A DNA stretch of 63,434 nucleotides, filler included, from Octopus bimaculoides (GCF_001194135.2; 5 parts of 5 records of this genome joined end to end with filler, not necessarily neighbours in it); one strand, 5' to 3'; positions 25,883-38,734 are shown, numbered from the whole stretch's first letter. A program made the numbers and translations. The notes: generated by a model not told the origin, from the letters alone.

Positions 25883-26590
25883 TGTGTATGCCTGTGTGTC
25901 TGAAAGGAGAAGGAAGAAAGGAAGAAGAAATTGTGGTTACATCTATACAGCTGGTTAGTTCAAAAAATCTTTTTCAGAAAAGGAAGGAGACAAATATGAA
26001 AACCAAGTTAATCATATTCAATTCCAGTTGGCACAAAAATGTCCCACCATGTGAATTTCTTGCCTTTTCTAGGCTCTGTTGTTCCAAAGTTGAATAACGA
26101 TTATGAATAATGAAATATTGTGATGAATCAATGAGTGAGGTATCTAAATATTGCTAAGTTCATTTTGTCATAGGCATGGATCAAAAATAAATATAAAACA
26201 GCATTTCTGTAGTCATTTACCATTATAAATTGGCAAATGGTGCCATTGTTTTAGATACTGAAATAACAAGTTCTAAAATAGTTTTGGATTCACTTTTAGG
26301 ATCAAATCCATTATGGATTTGATCCTAAAAACACACACACTCTCTCTCACTTTCTCGCCATTCCTCACCCTCTTTTACTATCCTTTATATCTCTCTCCAC
26401 CCCTACACATTCAATAGTACTATAAAAAGAGACAAATCCTCTCAAGAAGAATAAAATCTGGAGAATATACTAGAATAGATGCAAGCGCTAATATATGATT
26501 TATAAAAACATGTGACATATTAATAAAAATCTGTAAATGTAGAACTATCCATATATCTGAGTACCTTATTATTTTTTCTAATATGTATAT
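25335..26590. repeat. Fold-back structure: two ~260-bp inverted copies of one repeat around a ~730-bp spacer
   Basis: ~25335-25600 (TTAGAAAAAATAATAAGGTACTCAGATAT...GGGTGAGGAAT...GTGTGTGT) is the diverged reverse complement of ~26330-26590. Confidence 0.75.
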
Positions 26591-26634
26591 ATATATATAT
26601 ATATACATATACATAAATAGAAAATATACATATA

Positions 26635-26704
<70 letters not shown>

Positions 26705-26825
26705 GACATACATATATATGTACACATCCATATATATGTATACATACATACACATATATGTATACATATATATATATACGTATAGATACATACATATATA
26801 TATATGAACACACACATATATATAT

Positions 26826-27350
26826 TGGGTAAGCAAGAAAGTAACTTCAGTTGTTTTGGTGTGAAATTAAAGTCATTTTTGTTTCATACAAAGAGTGAAC
26901 TTTAATCAATTACATATTCTCTACCTTGTCTGATGACATTTTGTCATCTTAGTGGCAACTTCATGATTTCGTGCTCATACAAATCCTGGCCCTTATCAGC
27001 CAAAATGTGAAGCAAGTGTGATTTCATGTCATTATCATTATTGAAATTTTTTCCACTGAAAGAATCTTTTAAACTTTGAAATACACGTCAGTCTGACGGT
27101 GCAAGCTCAGGGCTATGTGCTGCACGTGACATCACTTCCCAACTTAGCTCCAATGATTTTTCACGAGTTAGCACAAATGTGTGTGGTCTAGCATTGTCAC
27201 AGTGCAACGTGAATCCTGTACAATTTACCAATTCTGGCTGTTTCTTTTGATTGCTTCCACCAGTTTCATTAGCTGTTGATAGTAAATATTTGAATTGATT
27301 GTTTGGTTCCTTGAAAGCAGCTCAAAATACCCGACACCTTTGTAGTCTGT
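26826..27350 (-). mobile_element. Mariner transposon 3' remnant
   Basis: Minus strand reads KGVGYFELL...TINSNIYYQQL...DNARPH...WEVMSRAAHSPELAPSDxRVFQSL...IMKLPLRxQNVI; TIR-like end near 26826. Confidence 0.88.
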
Positions 27351-27399
27351 TCAGATTAGAGGGGTCAATGCATATTCAGTTTGCATTTCTGTAGGCTGA

Positions 27400-27910
27400 T
27401 GCTCGATGATTAAGGTTTAAATGAGGCCTCTCTTCAAAGATTTTGGTAGTGAACCAATGTAAAAGATGACAAGATAGGAGACAGTAAAGCTGGTGGGTAC
27501 AGTATGTATTTTGGTAATTCACAGGAGCTGTTGTAGCTCTGATAGAACTGAGGGAGGACATAGCAGCTTAGTGTATAAATGATTACAGTGTTTTAGTAAG
27601 TGTAGGTTTACCTGATAGTTGGATATGGTCAATAAAGTTTCTATGTATAACAGTGATTCTGTCCAGGTATGAGAAAGAGTGCCAAGTCTGTACCACACTT
27701 GATGCTTGTATACAAGTAGAAACTGTTCAGAGTTGAAGTATTTTCTGAGCCTGAAGAGAAAGTATCGCCTTTGATTAACAAATATAGCTATGTTTGCACA
27801 CAATCTCCATCTGAGAAGTCTAACAATAGTGAAATTTCTGAAGCTTTTGATTGTTCTTCCTGTAATTTTTGTTGTGTTTCTATTAGTAACCATTGATAAA
27901 AATTCCAACT
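27400..27910 (-). mobile_element. CR1/L2/Jockey-like LINE remnant (RT C-terminal region)
   Basis: QRRYFLFRLRKYFNSEQFLLVYKHQV...SHTW resembles the post-RT segment of these LINEs. Confidence 0.6.
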
Positions 27911-28440
27911 TCCAAGCTTTAGTATTTTAAGCTATCAGAGCAGGCAATCAATCATGCAAACAAACAGGTCACCAACAATGTTATTAAGTTTTCAGATGCT
28001 GAAAAAGTCACTGTTAGTAGTGGTACACAACTGTATGAATAATTCCATAATATTGATTTACAACAGAAAAGAAAATTAAAAATTCTATTTTTGAAAAAGC
28101 TAAGAATTGAATAATTTTTAAATGTAAACAATGAAAACTCATTGAAAATTTAATGAAAATTCAATTATCAAGGTTGGAGTGCTAGGCATAAGAGTAACCT
28201 TAAGAATGTTGAATGTTTACAATTTTGACAGCTTTGCAGGAACAAATGCAACTGAAGAATACTGAATGTCCTAAAAATTCAATCTAAAGAAGTTGATTGC
28301 ACAAAGGTATTCCAGTGGTGATCAGATACAATGCATCAAGGACTAAATTATCCAGCAAACCCTTCTTTTAATAAAATAGTAAGGTGTGATTTAAAGGGGA
28401 TTTGGTAGAGGAACCTTGTTGACTCAATTGATGAATCAAG

Positions 28441-30060
28441 TTAACCTTTTCATTATCAAACTGCACCCAAATGTTTTTGGCTTATAATACTAAATAAACT
28501 ACATAAAATAACCTATTCATATTTAAATGAGAATTTCAAAACAAATCTTTTTACTACGTTTAAAAAAATATTTCACTTCATAAAATAAACAATTGTTTAA
28601 CAGTGTTTGACATTTTTAGTATGATACTTGTACTCTACAATTTTCTGCCACATCATAATGATTATGTTATCTGTAACAGTTCATGAGAGCAAAAATGGAT
28701 ATCAGTTTTACATTCACACATACCAGCACTGAATTTGACAGAAAAATCAAGCAAAATAATCTACAAGTACAACCATGAGCATGATAGGGAATTTGATATT
28801 TGTATATCCAACAGTGGAACAGTGACTGACAAGTACAGATCTGATAAGAAAATGAAAGCAATGAGTTTCAACCAGAAACAATTGAGTTAGGATTTAAGAG
28901 ATAGGATCCATTCACAGTCTTTCTGATGAGTTGAAGCAACTGACTATTTCTTTATTCTTATAACTCATTAAATATTTCAAACAATGACTGAGGAAACAAA
29001 CCATTATGCAGAATATAAACGAGTTTATGGTTTCCTACATGCCTGGAGGAAATTAAAGCATTTTTTGCTACAAACATTATGATGGGCATTAAAAAGCTGC
29101 CCAAAGTATGGATGAACTTTTCAGTATGTTTTTAATTGTAAAAACCGCATCTCCAACAATAGCTTTGATAATGACAGTAAAAGTGATGAGGAAGAATTTT
29201 TGAAGATTTAAAAAATGTTTTTCAATGAGACAAAATCCATTCAGTTTTTTTGACGAGCTAAAAACAATCAATTATTTCTTTTTATTTTCACCTCAATTAT
29301 TCAAGTATTATGAAGTGAACAAGGTTCTTAAAATGATATCAATATTTGCACAAATGAGATACTAGCAGTATACCAGTATGAGGAAAAGGAAATTATGATT
29401 TCTTATTTAAAATAAGACCCCTCGTGCACATAGTTCAAAGCACTTATAATAAATATTACAAATCAGGGAGATGACTAACAATTATCGAGATATAAAGGTT
29501 GGGTATATTTTCAACCATATATGCCAGGCAAAGCCACAAAATTATGGGAATCAAAGCTTGGGTCTAATTTTTATACAGAGTAACAAGACAATGATGGGAG
29601 TTAATATGGTCTAGGGTACAATGTGATTTGGAAATTATCACTTCCATAACATAACCAGTGGATGAAGGTAGTACACTTATTTGTGAGCCTGAATTACAAC
29701 TGTCATATGGTCAGCATAAAATGGATGACTCGAAAGATGAGCTCAGGTCAGGTAGTAAGTAGTGATGATATCTGGTTTAGTATACATTTTTATTGTATTT
29801 TACAGTAATACACCAAGGGCAGGTTATTCATTGCATCCCCAAATAACTGCTGGGACAAAGACAAAAGCCTGCTGCAACACTATCCTATTGAAATCTGAAT
29901 AAAAAAGAAAAGAAAAAATCAACAGTTGCTAAAAAACTTGAGCTGTGAATGCAAACATCAGAAAAGCTATCATTGAATGGCCAATAGAAATGACTTTCCA
30001 ATGTGCAATCTACAAGGATGCATTATGTAGTGTGGGATGCTTTATATGTTTACATTATCA
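28441..30060 (+). mobile_element. piggyBac-family transposon remnant
   Basis: TTAA+CCTTTT start at 28441. Fragments in shifting frames: MTEETNHYAE, WFPTCLEEIKAFFATNIMMGIKKLPKVW, LFKIRPLVHIV, YKGWVYFQPYMPGKATK, and a C-terminal Cys-rich FQCAIYKDALCSVGCFICLH. Right terminus not found. Confidence 0.8.
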
Positions 30061-30767
30061 TCATCATCCATTTTCCATGCAGGCATGGGTTGGACAGTTT
30101 GACAGGACCTGGTAAGGCCAGGGACCACACCAGGCTCTAAAGTCTGTTTTAGCATGGTTTCTACGGCTGGATGCCTTTCCTAATGTCAACCACTTTACAG
30201 AGTGTACTGGGTGCTTTTTACGGGGCACCAAGTAAGTTGTAAGACAGGAACCCCCTCATCTGGGAGGAGGGAGTAGTAGTGAGGTGGGGGAGGAGTGTGG
30301 CTTTGTGCTAGTTGATGAGAGATTAGAGGTATACTGGGTAGATGTCCTACTGTAGAGTAAGATACATGAATACTCCAGTTGAAAAAGAAAGGAAGGTGGA
30401 TTAGAGAGTAAGATAAAGAGAGATGTATGAGTAAAAGAAAGAGAGCAACAGTATGAGAGATTATGCTGGCATAAGGTATATAGTATGCAGCCTATTCTAC
30501 TCTCAGGTGATAGAGAGGTGATGGGTGTTAGGGGATGATAGGTGGTGGGGGGGAATGGTTGACAGGGCAGAGAGATTGTAGGTGGGTGTGAGGTGGAGCC
30601 TCTCACAGACAAGCATTAACCAAGGTGGTTTAGGAATATTGTATAATTTGTATATCATCATTTAACATCCACTTTTCCATGGATCAGATGGAATTTGTTG
30701 AGGCAGATTTTCTACAGCTGGATACCTTTCTTGCTGCCAACCCATACCTGTTTCCAAGCAAGGTAAT

Positions 30768-30908
30768 TGTTATGCAAATAACGTTGATATAAAGAGCATG
30801 TGCATTTGACAGGAAGATGAAGAGAGAGAATGGCCATTTGGAATAACGTACAAGAATATGACTGAAAATTAGTTTCTTTGAACCAGGATTTACTGGTTAT
30901 ACATTACA
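30768..30908 (+). repeat. 5' LTR (~140 bp)
   Basis: Matches 34551-34689 with about a dozen substitutions and a 3-nt indel. Shared identity ends at 30903 (GGTTATACA); the likely true end is ...ACATTACA at 30908. Confidence 0.9.
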
Positions 30909-30909
30909 A

Positions 30910-30925
30910 TCAAAGAAACTAATTT
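30910..30925 (+). other. Candidate self-priming primer-binding site (complementary to LTR 30866-30881)
   Basis: TCAAAGAAACTAATTT is the exact reverse complement of AAATTAGTTTCTTTGA in the LTR. No TGG-starting tRNA PBS at this position. Confidence 0.65.
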
Positions 30926-30998
30926 CTGAAAATACACAACTGGGAAAAGTTACAGAGTAGTCTATAGAGAAAGAAATTTGTGAAAAGATGTGAACGAT

Positions 30999-31760
30999 AT
31001 GGCAAGATACTTGAAACCAGATAAGATTGAATGTAGACCCAAATTCTACAAATTTTGAAAAACTTTAATCACTGGTTTAGAACTTTCACCAACTTTATAG
31101 ACTCACTACCAGGGCAGGAAAGTAGGATTATCGATAAATGCAATCTTTTGATTAATTATGTGGAACCGAATGCTTACGAATTCATCAGTGAAGCTAAGAA
31201 CTACGAACAAGCTGTGAATGCACTAAAGAGTGTGTACATTAAACCAAAGAACATTGTAATGGCACGCCATCTTTTAGCCACAAGAAAACAGAAACCAGGG
31301 GAATCTCTAGACCAGTTCTTAAACGAACTCAAATTATTAGCGAAAGACTGTAACTTTGTTGCAGTGAGTGCTGAGCAATACCGGTTTGAAATGATTCTAG
31401 ATGTATTAATAAATGGGCTCACTTCGAATCAAATACAACAAAGATTATTAGAAAACAAATGTGTTGACCTCAGTACAGCTTATGATCAAGTATGTTCACT
31501 AGATGTGGCGCAACAGAGTTCCAGTGTCTTTCTAAACTCTGAGGGTGCCAATTTCAACCCAACTGCACCCATTGTAGCTAAGCCAATAGATTCCCCAAAG
31601 CAGGAAGGAAAACAATCTGCCACGACCTGAAAAGGAGACACCTCTCAATGTTGGTTTTGTGGCTATTCCAGACACCCGCGGACTCACTGCCCTGCGTGGA
31701 AAGCAGTCTGTCATAAATGTCAAAAAATAGGGCATTTTTGAAAACTATGTAGGAGCAAAA
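30999..31760 (+). pseudogene. Gypsy gag remnant
   Basis: MARYLKPDK... start, then NHWFRTFTNFIDSL...ARHLLATRKQKPGESLDQFLNELKLLAKDCNF, and knuckles CWFCGYSRHPRTHCPAWKAVCHKCQKIGHF. Frameshifts and stops present. Confidence 0.85.
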
Positions 31761-31795
31761 CAGCAACTGTAACACAGGATGATGGTAAATATGAT

Positions 31796-32150
31796 TTGCC
31801 ATTGACAGTATCAACATCAGCAGGTTCACCCTTCCGGGTAACCTCCGTGGTTATACTGAACAATAGCTATAAAGCCGAAGCATTAATTGATAGTGGTAGC
31901 ACTGACAAGAGCTTCATCAGTGAGAAGTTAGTGAACACACTCAATATCAAGACGGTCAAATTGAAGAACGTCATTGGTATGGCTTCTGCATCTCTTTCTG
32001 CAGAATCCAAGGGATACTGCACTGTTTCACTAATCCTGAATAATCAGAAATACTACCATGTGAAACTGTATGTGCTCAGAAACTTGTGCACTGACCTAAT
32101 TCTGGGTACTGACTTCCAAGAACGGCATTAAAGTATTACCATACGATATG
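31796..32150 (+). pseudogene. Gypsy aspartic protease remnant
   Basis: ALIDSGSTDKSFISE active-site motif and distal LILGTDF motif. Confidence 0.9.
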
Positions 32151-32189
32151 GAGGACAGAGACCATCATTAACATTTACTGCGCTAACAG

Positions 32190-33480
32190 CTATGAAAACT
32201 GATCCTCCAAAGCTATTCACTCATCTCAGAGAGGACTGTAAACCTATTGCAGCCAAATCGCGAAAATACTTGGAACCTGATCAAGAGTTCATCAGGACAG
32301 AAGTACGCCGCTTAGCAGATGCGAACATTATTGAACCTAGTAAACTCCCCATGGAGATTGCAAGTGTTAGTTATTCAAGAAAAAACAAAAGCGAAGAATG
32401 GTGATTGACTACTCAGAGAAGATTAACAAATATACACAGCTTGATGCCTAACCCCTTCCTAAAATTGATGAGTTAGTGAACACTATTGCCAAGTATAAAG
32501 TCTACAGTACTATAGACTTATGTTCGGCATACCATCAGATTACTCTATCAGAGAAAGACCATTAATCCACTGCCTTTGAAGCTGATGGTAAATTATGGCA
32601 TAATACTAGGATGCCATTCAGAGTAAGTAACGGCAGCGCATGTTTCCAACGTATAATGGACGACTTTGTGAGTAAATACAAGCTACGAGATATGTTCCCA
32701 TTCATAGACAATTTAACCATATGTGGGAAAGATCAAAATGATGCCGATAAAAATTTAGAAAAATTTGAAATGGCAGCAAAAAGTGAAGGGCTTACCATAA
32801 ATGAAGACAAATACGTTTACTCAACAACAACTCTTGACTTTCTTGGATACCGTATCTCACACAATACCCTCAGCCCTGACCCAGAAAGGCTTGCTCCACT
32901 CCTCAATCTTCCTACACCAACTGACCAGAAACCATTAAAATGTATCGTCGGTATGTTTTCTTATTATGTTAAGTGGATCTCCAAATTTTATGACAAAATA
33001 TATCCTCTAAATAAGGTATTAAAATTTCCTATAAACAGCCAACAAATAAAAACATTTGAGTTTTTAAAGGTAGAACTAGCCAATGCTGCCATTCAAGTAA
33101 TAGAGACGAGAACATTCCATTTACAGTTGAGATGGATGCTTCGGATTTTGCTATATCTGCGACACTAAATCAAGATGGAAGCCCAGTCGCATTCCATTCT
33201 CGCACGCAAGGTAGCGGACAGTACCACTCCTCAGTTGAAAAGGAAGCCCAAACAATTATCAAATCAATTCATCATTGGAGACACTTTCTTCTAGGTAGAC
33301 ATTTTACATTAATTACTGATCAACGTTCTGTTGCATTCATGTATAATTATAAAGCGACGAGCAAAATTAAAAATGATAAAATTATTAGATGGTGCATTGT
33401 GTTATCTCCATATTCATATGATATTCACTATCGCCCAGGATTCAGCAACATTGCTTCGGATGCATTCACAAAGGTATGCT
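32190..33480 (+). pseudogene. Gypsy reverse transcriptase and RNase H remnant
   Basis: MPFRVSNGSACFQR, FPFIDNLTICG (YxDD-equivalent), LDFLGY; RNase H DASDFAISATLNQDGSPVAFHSR...EKEAQTII...LITDQRSV. Confidence 0.9.
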
Positions 33481-34410
33481 GTTCACATTCACTTTATGAG
33501 TTACATGCAGCACTGTGCCATCCTGGTGTAGTACGCCTTCATCATTTCGTCCGCAGTAGAAATTTTCCATATTTGTTAGAGAACGTGAAACAAATATGTA
33601 GGAATTGCTCTATATGTCAAGAAGTGAAACTACAATAAACCAGACTCAGTTAACTTAATTAAGGCTATGCAGCCCTTTGAGCGAATTTCCATCGATTTCA
33701 AAGGTCCGATTCCTTCCACGAAGCATCCTTATCTCCTAACAATAGTTGATGAATTCTCTCGGTTTCTATTTGGTTATTCAGTAACTGACACATCAGCTCA
33801 GACTGTAATAAAGTGTCTTACAGACTTGTTCTCAGTTTTTGGTATGCTCAGTTATGTACATTCAGATCGTGGAATTGCCTTTGTATCTACAAGATTGAGA
33901 GAATGGCTCCTTAGTAAGGGCATTGCAATGAGTAGGACGACACCATACTATCCCACTAGGAACAGTCAAGTAGAAAGATATAATGGTATTATTTGGAAGT
34001 CAGTACCACTCTTTTTGAAAACCCGTGCCCTTCCAGTATCTTCATGGGAAACAGTTCTTCCAGACGCGTTGCATTCAATCAGATCTCTACTTTGTACGTC
34101 CACTAACGTCACTCCTTATGAACGTCTTTTTAACTATCAAAGATGTTCAGCAACAGGAACATCTATGCCAACATAGCTTCTTAACCCAGGACTTGCGCTT
34201 GTTCAAATGAACAATCACACTAACAAGTATGCCCCTATCGTGGACCAAGTTGATTTAATCAAAGCCAACCCCCAATACGCTCATGTCTATTACCCAGACA
34301 GTCGCGAAACCACAGTATCCACAAAAAAGTTGACATCACCAGGGAAGATTAACCCAACTGATAACCTAACCCAAACATTTGTCCCTCAAGAGCCAGACAG
34401 AGCCAACTGA
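33480..34410 (+). pseudogene. Gypsy integrase remnant, no chromodomain seen
   Basis: HHCC region LHAALCHPG...CRNCSIC; core PFERISIDFKGP, LTIVDEFSRF, VHSDRG, QVERYNG. Ends shortly before the PPT. Confidence 0.9.
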
Positions 34411-34537
34411 AATTTCTCCTCCTCCTAGAGATAATCATCAAGAACAAAAAGAAGTACCCCCTCAGCTGCGTCGATCACAAAGGATTCAGAAAGCCCCGGA
34501 AAGGTTTGATTTATGACTTTTTTTTCCTTCTTTTTCT

Positions 34538-34550
34538 AGGAGGGAGTGAA
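34538..34550 (+). other. Polypurine tract AGGAGGGAGTGAA
   Basis: Purine run immediately abutting the 3' LTR. Confidence 0.85.
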
Positions 34551-34689
34551 TGTTATGCAAATAATGTTAATATAAAGAGCATGCGCATTTGGGAGGAAGA
34601 GGAAGAGTGAGAATGGCCATTCTTCGGAATAACGTACAGGACTATGACTAAAAATTAGTTTCTTTGAACCAGAATTTACTGGTTATACA
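34551..34689 (+). repeat. 3' LTR
   Basis: Direct repeat of 30768-30903, preceded by the polypurine tract. Confidence 0.9.
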
Positions 34690-37600
34690 ATATTTCCCCA
34701 TGACCTAACACAAAAGACTGGAAACAAATGTTATTTGTATAACAGCAATGCTTGCTTATAACTACCAAGTGATGTCAAGACAAGGGCACACACACACACA
34801 TATATACAACAGGCTTCTTTCAGTTTCCATCTACCAAATTCACTCACAAGACTTTGTGGGGACCTGAAGTCATAGTAGAGGACCTTTGCCCAAAGTGCCA
34901 TGCAGTGGAACTGAATCCAGGAGCACATGGTTGGGAAGCAAGATAATATAAGCCGTTTTACCAGATTTACTTCATATTTATTTATTTACATACTTCTAAT
35001 TTTAATTTAACTGTGAGGTAAGTAACAACTTTTGATTAATTTAAATTTGCAAGTCATTATATGTGTGTGTGTGTGAATTTATTTCATTTTGTAGGTTTCT
35101 TGAAATATAAATTCTAGTATTTTATTTTATCTTACCTATATGATACTCTTGTTTTAGTTCAATGAAAATTCAGTATTGTGTACAATTCTTCTCCATGAAA
35201 ATTTTGTATGCTCGTTTGAATATTTGCTAATAACTAATTTTCTATGTTGATGTTTAAGCAAAATTTAAATGATTCAACATTTTGCTGTTTTTATCTGTGA
35301 TCATTTATTTTGAGTGAAAATGATTTAATGGATTTATTAAAAAAAACTCTTGTTTTGCTATCTTTCAAACAAAATAACATGTTTTAGAAACATATCTTTA
35401 AAACGAAGCCTGTCACTTATGTTTAACTAGAACATTAATATGTACTTTCTTATGAGCTTTAGAGTCCTAAAATTTAATAATTCTGAGCAGAAAATTCTTT
35501 TTAAAGTAGAAGGTAAAAAGTTGAAAAAAGTTAAATGGCAATTTCTCCTAAATTCTATTATGAATAATTTATTTACAATACAAAGCAGTATGTCAAACAA
35601 AACTTTACATAATCGTTAACATAACCGTTTCAGATACTGCTTCAAAACTATGGAATAAAAGTAATAAAATACAGACTTTGTTTAAATGATAATATATTAT
35701 TAATAATAAATTATAGGAAAAAAGCATGTTTACAAAGATGCCAGAAACCAGGAAGCATATAACTTAGTAGTAAAACATGATAATAGAAAGAGTTAGTGTT
35801 TGAAGCGAGTGATGGATTTGAAAGTAGTGCGTAAAAAAGATAGAAGCTTTGCAGAAAGGTAAAGCATATATATCTTGCTAGAAATAAAAGAATTGCCAAA
35901 ACTTTGAGAGTATGAAAGAAATTTGAACTCTTTAATTGCAAGAGTATCCACACAGAAAGGGAAAGAGATAAATATTTTGAGATGAGAAGGTCTGCTCACA
36001 ACACTCACTTTTGGTGTTGCTGTGTATTCATCAGTTAAAACACATAACCTTACTTTTAGAAGAATGCCACTGTCCACAAAAGATGCTTAACTACCTCTCA
36101 AGACAGAAAGTAACCATGTACCACATTTACTTTCTGGAACTGTATGTAATTAGTTTCCATCCCCCACCCTCACCACTTTGTCACTATATCCTGAATATGG
36201 TGTAAGGAAGTGAGTGGGATAAAAAACACACAAGAGCCAAAGCAGCAACACAAGTTGTTGCAAGAAGCCATCTGTGCATTACAGAGGAATTTGGATATAT
36301 GTAATACTTCATATATTTAAAATAGATCCAGATGGATAAAAGGTTTTTGGAAATTTGATAATTTGAAAAAAAAAAGAAAAAAAGAAAAAAGAATTAAACA
36401 CACTAATATTGCAATCCATGTTGTGACATTACTTACACTTTTGTCATTTTGTTTGAAGGGCAGTAATAAGTTTTTAAATTCTTTCTGGAGATGTAACTGT
36501 CACCAACTTGTTTGTCATGGGCTTGAAATATTCTGCACTGTTCATTTTTTTCATTGTTATAAACACACACATATCTTTTATCTTTTACTTGTTTCAGTCA
36601 TTAGATTGTTACCATGCTGGGGCACTGCCTTGAAGAATTTTCGTTGAATGAGTTGACCCCCAGCACTTGATTTTTTTTTTTTAAGCCTGGTACTTATTGT
36701 TTTGGTTTCTTTTGCCAAATTGCTATGTTATAGAAATGCAAAAACACCAAACAAACAAGTAGTGGTGGAAGACATAGACTCAAGGTGCACCACACAACAC
36801 ACGATGAGTTTTTTTCAGTTTGCCTACCAAATCCACTCACAAGGTTTTAGTCAACCTGAGGCTATAGAAGGTACTACACAGTGGGATTGAACCTGGAACT
36901 ATGAGGTTGGGTAGCAAACTTCTTATCACAAAAACATGCCTATACATATATATGGATAGATAGATAGTTATACCCTGTGCGACCTCCTGATACAACCAAG
37001 AAGCTGCAATAGTTTGTGTTCATAGCTCAGAAGACTGTAGGCGAGCTCAGCAAGCCAACTTGCTTAGAGTAGGAGTCATTACAGAAGTCAGAAGAGTTGA
37101 CAATAACAAATAAAATCATTGAGTATAACCAGAATAAAAGAATTTTAATTAAGAGGTGAATAAACATTTATGGAATAAATAGAGTTCTTTAGAGAGGTCT
37201 TTCATTTACCTCTGAAATGTGTAAACTTCTTTTGGTGAGCTCTTCTTTTATTCACCAGTCTAATGAGCCATTATTTTTTCTATCTCCTATTTTTTTTAAC
37301 TGGACTTTGTTGTTACTCCCGAATTTACTTTAGTCCAATAACTATTCTGCATTCTTTATGTTGCCAATTTCACACTATTTTTGCAGCAAATTCAAAACCA
37401 TTCACTTTACAAAGACGCCACTGTTCACATTAACTGACTCACAGCAGACTGACTTATAACTGTTCTCTTCACAGCAAAGAGGCCACTATTCACATTAACC
37501 ACTGATATTCAGTCGCAATATACATCCCACTTTTGACACTAACTACTGTGTCAACTGTTCAACACAAACTACTTGACCGTGACCACATGGCACTGACCTT

Positions 37601-38734
37601 GAACCAACTATTCACATAAACCACTCATGACAACTTTCATCATATTGATTTCCAGCAGACTCCAAATGTGTTCGATGTTGTCAACTACTTGGCTCCCAGT
37701 ATGGACTAACTCCTCACATTGTCAACTAGTAGTATTTACAGTTCACAGTAAAAAGTGTGCCAAATCATACAGACTATGCATCAAACAATCACATGACCAC
37801 AATAAATTATTTTTCGGTCTTGTCTTGCAAAACCAGAAATCAGTGTTCTAATTTGGTGTTGTACAAACAAGAAATTATCTGAATATAATTTTTTTGTTCA
37901 TAACAATATATATAGTTTCTTCATCCATTTTTTTTTTCTACACTAATATGGGTTGAACAGGGAATTATTTAAGGCAGGATTTGACAACCAGATGCACTTC
38001 CAGTCATCAATTCTTATTTGATTTTCAAATAAAAGATTTTCTTATTTTTATTATTTCAGAAGTCTTTGAAAATGCAGTGTGACTAGTCCATAATGCTCAT
38101 AATGAATATGAACATCATCACCACAAAATATCAACTTGCACACACATACATATACAATAGGCTTCTTGCAACTTTCATTCACAATGAATTGGCCAGATTA
38201 GGGCTAAGACACTTACCTAAGTGTGTCTGTCAGGAAGAGTTGCTTGCTAGAAAGTGAATGATGTAATGCATGAGGAAGCTAAACCAACAGACTCTTAATG
38301 TTCTGTGAGGGCAAGTATCTATACCAATTGGAAAGCTGAATGTATTTTGAAGAACAATGAAAAGTAAATTATCTTATCTATGTTAACCTGCTTTTGACCT
38401 GAGAATGTTAACTCAAACATTGGAAACAAAATAAGTGTGACAAGTGACCTCATAAATTTCCTAGTGGTAATGCTGAGAATAATAGAAAGGATCTCATAGA
38501 AAATTATAGGCTAAGGTTTTGATTCCTGGTTAAGAATCCAAGAAACGATTTCTAACATATAAAAACACATACACTAAGTCTTCATACCTGCACAGCATTT
38601 ATCTAACTATTTATAATTTTAGCAAGCCATCTCTGGATGCTAAACAAAAAGTATTTAGGAGTAAAGGTTAAGGAATTTACTAGTGAATGATTAAGAGTTT
38701 ACATACTATTAAGTGCCATCTACTTCTTTTGCTG

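Larger units (their letters stand above)
30768..34689 (+). mobile_element. Ty3/Gypsy LTR retrotransposon, full length but decayed (possibly Mag-like)
   Basis: Two direct LTRs starting TGTTATGCAAATAA, domain order gag-PR-RT-RH-INT, polypurine tract before the 3' LTR, many stops and frameshifts. The double Cys knuckle in gag suggests a Mag-like group (inference). Confidence 0.95.

Noticed and set aside
28923-28950. CTGATGA-GTTG-AAG-CAAC hairpin
   Set aside because: No GAAA follows, and it lies within piggyBac coding remnants.
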